Positions 59,854 through 64,000 of a DNA stretch of 64,000 nucleotides are shown here, one piece after another (position 1 is the stretch's first letter; each line of letters opens with the position of its first letter). Both the position numbers and the translations under genes were made by a program. Source of the stretch: Bradyrhizobiaceae bacterium (GTDB taxonomy: Bacteria > Pseudomonadota > Alphaproteobacteria > Rhizobiales > Xanthobacteraceae); assembly GCA_020853885.1 (NCBI GenBank), contig JADYXZ010000020.1:378707-442706 (forward strand). The letters run 5' to 3'. The notes beneath the pieces were generated by a model that was not told where the DNA came from, searched no databases, and saw nothing but the letters and a program-made list of their open reading frames with translations.

Positions 59854-60579
59854 ATGGCTCGCGTTGCGCTCGTCACGGGCGGCACCCGGGGTATCGGGGC
59901 CGCCATCTCCACGGCATTGAAGCAGGCCGGCTACCGCGTCGCCGCCAACTACGGCGGCAACGACGAAGCGGCAAACAAGTTCAAGGCGGAGACCGGCATT
60001 GCGGTCTTCAAATGGGACGTGAGCTCGTTCGATGCGTGTGCCGACGGCGTGAAGAAGGTGGAGGCGGAGCTCGGGCCGGTCGAGGTGCTCGTCAACAATG
60101 CCGGCATCACGCGCGACTCGATGTTCCACAAGATGAAGGCGGAGCAGTGGAGCGCCGTCATCAACACCAATCTCAGCTCGCTGTTCAACATGTGCCGGCC
60201 GGTGATCGAAGGCATGCGCGACCGCAACTTCGGGCGCATCATCAATATCTCCTCGATCAACGGGCAGAAGGGGCAGATGGGTCAGACGAACTATTCGGCG
60301 GCGAAGGCCGGCGAGATCGGCTTCACCAAGGCGCTCGCGCAGGAGAACGCGAGGAAGGGCGTCACGGTGAACGCGATCTGCCCGGGCTATATCGCGACCG
60401 AAATGGTGCAGGCCGTGCCGAAGGACGTGCTGGAGAAAAACGTCCTGCCGCAGATCCCGGTCGGCCGGCTCGGCGAGCCGGAAGAGGTCGCGCGCTGCGT
60501 CGTGTTCCTCGCGTCGGACGATGCGGGGTTCATCACCGGCTCGACGCTGACGGTGAACGGCGGACAATATCTCGCCTGA
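59854..60579 (+). CDS. phaB: Acetoacetyl-CoA reductase
   Basis: 241 aa SDR with TGGTRGIG, NAGIT and YSAAKAG. It immediately follows phaA. Confidence 0.92.
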   Translation: MARVALVTGGTRGIGAAISTALKQAGYRVAANYGGNDEAANKFKAETGIAVFKWDVSSFDACADGVKKVEAELGPVEVLVNNAGITRDSMFHKMKAEQWSAVINTNLSSLFNMCRPVIEGMRDRNFGRIINISSINGQKGQMGQTNYSAAKAGEIGFTKALAQENARKGVTVNAICPGYIATEMVQAVPKDVLEKNVLPQIPVGRLGEPEEVARCVVFLASDDAGFITGSTLTVNGGQYLA

Positions 60580-60584
60580 GCGTT

Positions 60585-60698
60585 CGCCTCATGGTTCGAG
60601 ACGCCCCCGCACCTCATCCTGAGGAGCCCGACGCCGGACTTGATCCGGCGGAGGGCGTCTCGAAGGACGAGGCGCGGGGGCTCCTCACCATGAGGCGA
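60585..60698. repeat. ~115-bp nested imperfect palindrome (REP-like) downstream of phaB
   Basis: Outer arms tcgcctcatggt / accatgaggcga. Inner arms tcgagacgccc / gggcgtctcga and tgaggagccc / gggctcctca. Confidence 0.7.
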
Positions 60699-60700
60699 GC

Positions 60701-61150
60701 TTAATCCTGCCCCGGCCGGAAGCCCTTCGGCGCGAGCTCGAAGCCGGTGAAATCGAATCCCGGCGCGACGGTGCAGCCGACGAGCGTCCAGTCGCCCTGG
60801 CTTTCCGCCGCCTGCCACGCGTGTGCGGGCACCGCGGCCTGCGGCCGTTCGCCGGCGGGAAGATCGGGTCCGAGCCTGATGCGCTCGATCGGGCCGTCGA
60901 CGTCCGGCGCGATCTCGAGCGTGAGCGCGGCGCCGGCGTAGTAGTGCCAGACTTCCGTTGCATCGACCTTGTGCCAATGCGAGCGCTCGCCCGCACACAG
61001 GAGGAAATAGATCGCCGTCGAGTGCGCGCGCATGTCGGCGAGGTGGTGCAGGTCGCGCATGGTCTCGCGGAAATGACCGCCCTCGGGGTGCGGCCTGAGG
61101 TCGAGCAGGTGGATCACGTCGGCGGCGCGGAGCTTTGGGCGTGAATGCAT
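60701..61150 (-). CDS. Cupin superfamily protein (DUF985-like)
   Basis: 149 aa. LLDLRPHPEGGHFRET...STAIYFLL...SHWHKVDATEVWHYY...GCTVAPGFDFTGFEL. Confidence 0.8.
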   Translation of the reverse strand: MHSRPKLRAADVIHLLDLRPHPEGGHFRETMRDLHHLADMRAHSTAIYFLLCAGERSHWHKVDATEVWHYYAGAALTLEIAPDVDGPIERIRLGPDLPAGERPQAAVPAHAWQAAESQGDWTLVGCTVAPGFDFTGFELAPKGFRPGQD

Positions 61151-61211
61151 CTGGTCAGCCCTTTGTTCTTGAGCATGATCTTTTCCGAAAACCGGTTTCC
61201 ACTTTTCGGGA

Positions 61212-61985
61212 TCATGCTCTGAAGTTGTTCTTCCGCTCGCGGATCTCGGTGAACACGGCGGCGGGGTCCGCGCCCGGCATGCCGATCGCCGCGGCAATCG
61301 CCGGGTCGTCGGCGCGCAGGAACGGATTGGTGGCGCGCTCTTCGGCGAGCGTCGAAGGCACGGTCGGCCTGCCGGTGGCACGCGCCTTCTCGACCTCGGC
61401 GAGACGTGCCTGCAAGGCGGCGTTGTCCGGGTCGACGGTGACGGCAAAGCGGCCGTTCGCCAGCGTGTATTCGTGGCCGCAATAGACGACCGTGTCGCCG
61501 GGCAGCCGGCGCAGCTTCAGGAGCGACTCCCAGAGCACCGAAGCCGGCCGCTCGAAGGCGCGGCCGGCACCGAGCGCGAACAGCGTGTCCGCCGAAAACA
61601 GCAGCTTCTCCTGTTCGAACCAGTAGCAGATGTGGCCGGCGGTGTGGCCGGGGGTGTCGAAGACGCGGGCGCTGAGGCTGCCGACCTTCACCACGTCGGG
61701 TTCGCTCACCTTCTCGTCAAGGGCCGGAATGTCGCCTTCGTTGCGCGGGCCGATTACCTTGGCCTGGTAGCGCTGCTTGAGTGCGGGGATGCCCTGGATG
61801 TGGTCGGCGTGCTTGTGCGTGACGAGCACGTGGGTGAGGTTCCACTTCGCCGCCTCGAGCGCCTTGACGATCGGCTCGGCTTCGGGCGCGTCGACCACGA
61901 GCACCGCGCCGCTCGCGGGGTCGCGCACGATCACCGCGTAGTTGTCCGAGAGGCAGGGCACGAGACGAATTTCCACCGGCATCAT
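61212..61985 (-). CDS. gloB: Hydroxyacylglutathione hydrolase (glyoxalase II)
   Basis: CLSDNYAVIV, the metallo-beta-lactamase motif THKHADHIQG, then TPGHTAGHICY. Confidence 0.92.
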   Translation of the reverse strand: MMPVEIRLVPCLSDNYAVIVRDPASGAVLVVDAPEAEPIVKALEAAKWNLTHVLVTHKHADHIQGIPALKQRYQAKVIGPRNEGDIPALDEKVSEPDVVKVGSLSARVFDTPGHTAGHICYWFEQEKLLFSADTLFALGAGRAFERPASVLWESLLKLRRLPGDTVVYCGHEYTLANGRFAVTVDPDNAALQARLAEVEKARATGRPTVPSTLAEERATNPFLRADDPAIAAAIGMPGADPAAVFTEIRERKNNFRA

Positions 61986-62116
61986 CGCTCCGATTTCATC
62001 ATTGTTTACCGTGAGCGCAAAACCTAACACGCGACCCGTGCGCCGCAACCCGGCGGAAGGCCGTGCATTGAATACGGAGATATGGGAAGGCTATCCTGCA
62101 CGGAACGGATTGCTGC

Positions 62117-62851
62117 ATGTCCCACGACATCGTCGACCTCCGCAGCTTCTACGCGCAGCCGCTCGGGCACGTGGCGCGGCGGCTGATCAACCGTGCGATC
62201 CGCGGGCGCTGGCCCGATCTGCGCGGGACGGCGATCCTCGGCCTCGGCTATCCGACGCCCTATCTCGGCGTGTTCCGCGAAGAGGTGGAGCGGAACTTCG
62301 CCTTCATGCCGGCGACGCAGGGCGTGGTGAAGTGGCCGTCGGCGACGCCGTCGCTCACGGCGCTGGTGCATGAGACGCTGCTGCCGCTGCCCGATGCGTC
62401 GGTCGATCGCGTTCTTGCCGTGCATGCGCTGGAGATGACGGTGGATGCGCGCGATATGCTGCACGAGGTCTGGCGCGTGCTGGCGGCGGGCGGGCGCGTT
62501 CTCATCGTGGTGCCGAACCGCCGGGGCTTGTGGGCGCGCATGGATACGACGCCGTTCGGCTTCGGCCGGCCCTATTCGCGCCGGCAGCTCGTCGATCTCC
62601 TGCGCGAGGCGCTGTTCACGCCGGTCGGCTGGGACGAGGCGCTGTGGGTGCCGCCGTTCGCGCGCACATCGTTCCTGCGCACGGCGGTCGCCTGGGAGCG
62701 GGTCGGCAAGACGCTTTCGCTCCCATTTGCGGGCGTGCATCTCGTGGAAGCGACGAAACAGGTCTGGCGGCCGGTCGCCACGAGGCCGGCCCGCAACCTT
62801 GCGCGCGTGCTCGCGCCGGCGCCGGCGTCACCGGAGCCGGCCGGGATCTGA
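62117..62851 (+). CDS. Class I SAM-dependent methyltransferase
   Basis: 244 aa. ILGLGYP...VDRVLAVHALE...GGRVLIVVPNRRG is a Methyltransf_11-like pattern. Confidence 0.75.
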   Translation: MSHDIVDLRSFYAQPLGHVARRLINRAIRGRWPDLRGTAILGLGYPTPYLGVFREEVERNFAFMPATQGVVKWPSATPSLTALVHETLLPLPDASVDRVLAVHALEMTVDARDMLHEVWRVLAAGGRVLIVVPNRRGLWARMDTTPFGFGRPYSRRQLVDLLREALFTPVGWDEALWVPPFARTSFLRTAVAWERVGKTLSLPFAGVHLVEATKQVWRPVATRPARNLARVLAPAPASPEPAGI

Positions 62852-63505
62852 TTCGCCGGCGTGGCGGGCGCGCGACAGCAGGAACAGCCCCTGCTCGCCG
62901 AACAGATTCCAGAACCACCAGGGTGCGTGCAGGCGTACGGGCCGGCCCCAGCGGTCGAGCGCGAAGCCGCGGTCCATGCGGGCGTCGATCTCGCGCACGA
63001 GCTCGACGAAGTCGCGGATCGTGCAGAAGTGGATGTTCGGCGTCTCGTACCAGGTGTCGTTCAGATGATCGGTGATCGGCATGCGTCCGCGGGAAAGGAG
63101 CTGCAGTCGGATGCGCCAGTGGCCGAAATTCGGAAACGACACGATGACGTGCCGGCCGATGCGCAGCATCTGCTCCAGCACCCAGCGCGGGCGGCGGGTC
63201 GCTTGCAGGGTCTGCGACAGGATCACGTAGTCGAAAGCATCGTCGGGGTAGTCGGCGAGGTCGATGTCGGCGTCGCCCTGAATCACCGCGAGGCCCTTGG
63301 CGACGCCCGCGTTGACGCCCTCGCGGGAAATCTCGATGCCGCGGCCGTCGACGCCCTTGGTCTCGGCAAGCAAGCGCAAAAGCTCGCCGTCGCCGCAGCC
63401 GACGTCGAGCACGCGTGCGCCCGGCTTCACCATCTCGGCCATGAGCACATGGTCGACGCGCCAGGTGGCAGGCGGCTTCTCGGTGCGGTTCAGCATGTGG
63501 TTCAT
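62828..63505 (-). CDS. metW: Methionine biosynthesis protein MetW
   Basis: [13 protein letters not shown]...[14 protein letters not shown]...[13 protein letters not shown]. Confidence 0.9.
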   Translation of the reverse strand: MNHMLNRTEKPPATWRVDHVLMAEMVKPGARVLDVGCGDGELLRLLAETKGVDGRGIEISREGVNAGVAKGLAVIQGDADIDLADYPDDAFDYVILSQTLQATRRPRWVLEQMLRIGRHVIVSFPNFGHWRIRLQLLSRGRMPITDHLNDTWYETPNIHFCTIRDFVELVREIDARMDRGFALDRWGRPVRLHAPWWFWNLFGEQGLFLLSRARHAGESDPGRLR

Positions 63506-64000
63506 GAACCCGCGGAGGGCAGGCCGCGGGCGCGGGCCGCGGCCTCGATGAAGCCGCGGGTGATGTCGAAGAGCTCCGGCTCTTCGAGCAGGAAGGCATC
63601 GTGGCCCTTGTCGCTCTCGATCTCGGCGAAGGAGACCGAAGCGCCCGAAGCGTTCAGCGCATGCACGATCTGCCGCGCGTCGCTCGTCGGGAACAGCCAG
63701 TCGGAGGTGAAGGAGACGACGCAGAAGCGCGAGCGCGATCCCCTGAAGGCGTGGGCGAGCGTGCCGCCGTAGTCGGCGGCGAGGTCGAAATAGTCCATTG
63801 CGCGCGTGATGTAGAGATAGGAATTGGCATCGAAGCGTTCGACGAAGCTCGAGCCCTGGTGGCGCAAATAGGACTCCACCTGGAAGTCGGCGTCGAAGCT
63901 GAAGGTCGGCGCGTCGCGATCCTGGTAGCGGCGGCCGAACTTCCGGTGCAGCGCGGCGTCGGACAGATACGTGATGTGCGCGGCCATGCGCGCGACGGCG
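63502..64000 (-). CDS. metX: Homoserine O-acetyltransferase, C-terminal part; the gene continues beyond the window end
   Basis: [30 protein letters not shown]...SFTSDWLFP...[11 protein letters not shown]. The frame is open to base 64000, and the gene overlaps the metW start by 4 nt. Confidence 0.9.
   Translation of the reverse strand, partial: AVARMAAHITYLSDAALHRKFGRRYQDRDAPTFSFDADFQVESYLRHQGSSFVERFDANSYLYITRAMDYFDLAADYGGTLAHAFRGSRSRFCVVSFTSDWLFPTSDARQIVHALNASGASVSFAEIESDKGHDAFLLEEPELFDITRGFIEAAARARGLPSAGS

Noticed and set aside
58496-60567. 386-aa and 496-aa minus-strand ORFs antisense to phaA and phaB.
   Set aside because: phaA and phaB on the plus strand are unambiguous, with thiolase and SDR motifs and a strong SD.

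Overview
High-GC alphaproteobacterial chromosomal segment. Hand-counted 60-nt lines in core genes are about two-thirds G+C. Gene order and the palindromic REP-type intergenic elements resemble Bradyrhizobiaceae/Nitrobacteraceae-like genomes; this is inference, no search was run. Most of the window is core housekeeping. It holds the sucB 3' end, lpdA, xerC, priA and the ATP synthase operon atpH-A-G-D-(small membrane ORF)-C. A long minus-strand chain runs proB>proA>nadD>rsfS>rlmH>envC-like>ctpA>yibQ-like>rppH, followed by obg, a GNAT gene, rpmA, rplU and tRNA-Ser(CGA). Further along are glk, a macro-domain protein, patatin-like/bdhA, zur-ispG, ispA, mtgA, rpmF, phaR/phaA/phaB, a cupin, gloB, a methyltransferase and metW/metX (3' part). 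The parts worth a second look are as follows. (1) A sharply AT-richer two-gene islet at 21.7-23.6 kb pairs an orphan 341-aa protein carrying an Rx4H (HEPN-like) motif with a membrane-anchored DUF2726 nuclease-fold protein. Together with an asnB-type gene it sits inside the normally contiguous obg-proB block; I rate this the best candidate for an undescribed defence/toxin module. (2) A three-gene minus-strand envelope cluster at 40.7-46.3 kb encodes a ~1000-aa secreted protein with His-rich and Pro/Lys tandem repeats, a 369-aa secreted orphan, and a TPR + putative beta-barrel protein. (3) A CHASE2 adenylate/guanylate cyclase is divergently paired with a CPA2 antiporter that carries a cNMP-binding domain. 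(4) A split biotin-dependent carboxylase cluster (5S-type carboxyltransferase, BCCP, biotin carboxylase, GYD protein) lies next to tRNA-Ser. (5) A ~0.5-kb hairpin-dense non-coding stretch lies at 31.1-31.6 kb. (6) Several families of dispersed palindromic repeats are present. Many long ORFs in the six-frame track are antisense or shadow ORFs typical of high-GC DNA and were rejected. All family assignments come from reading motifs by eye, and start codons are often uncertain.
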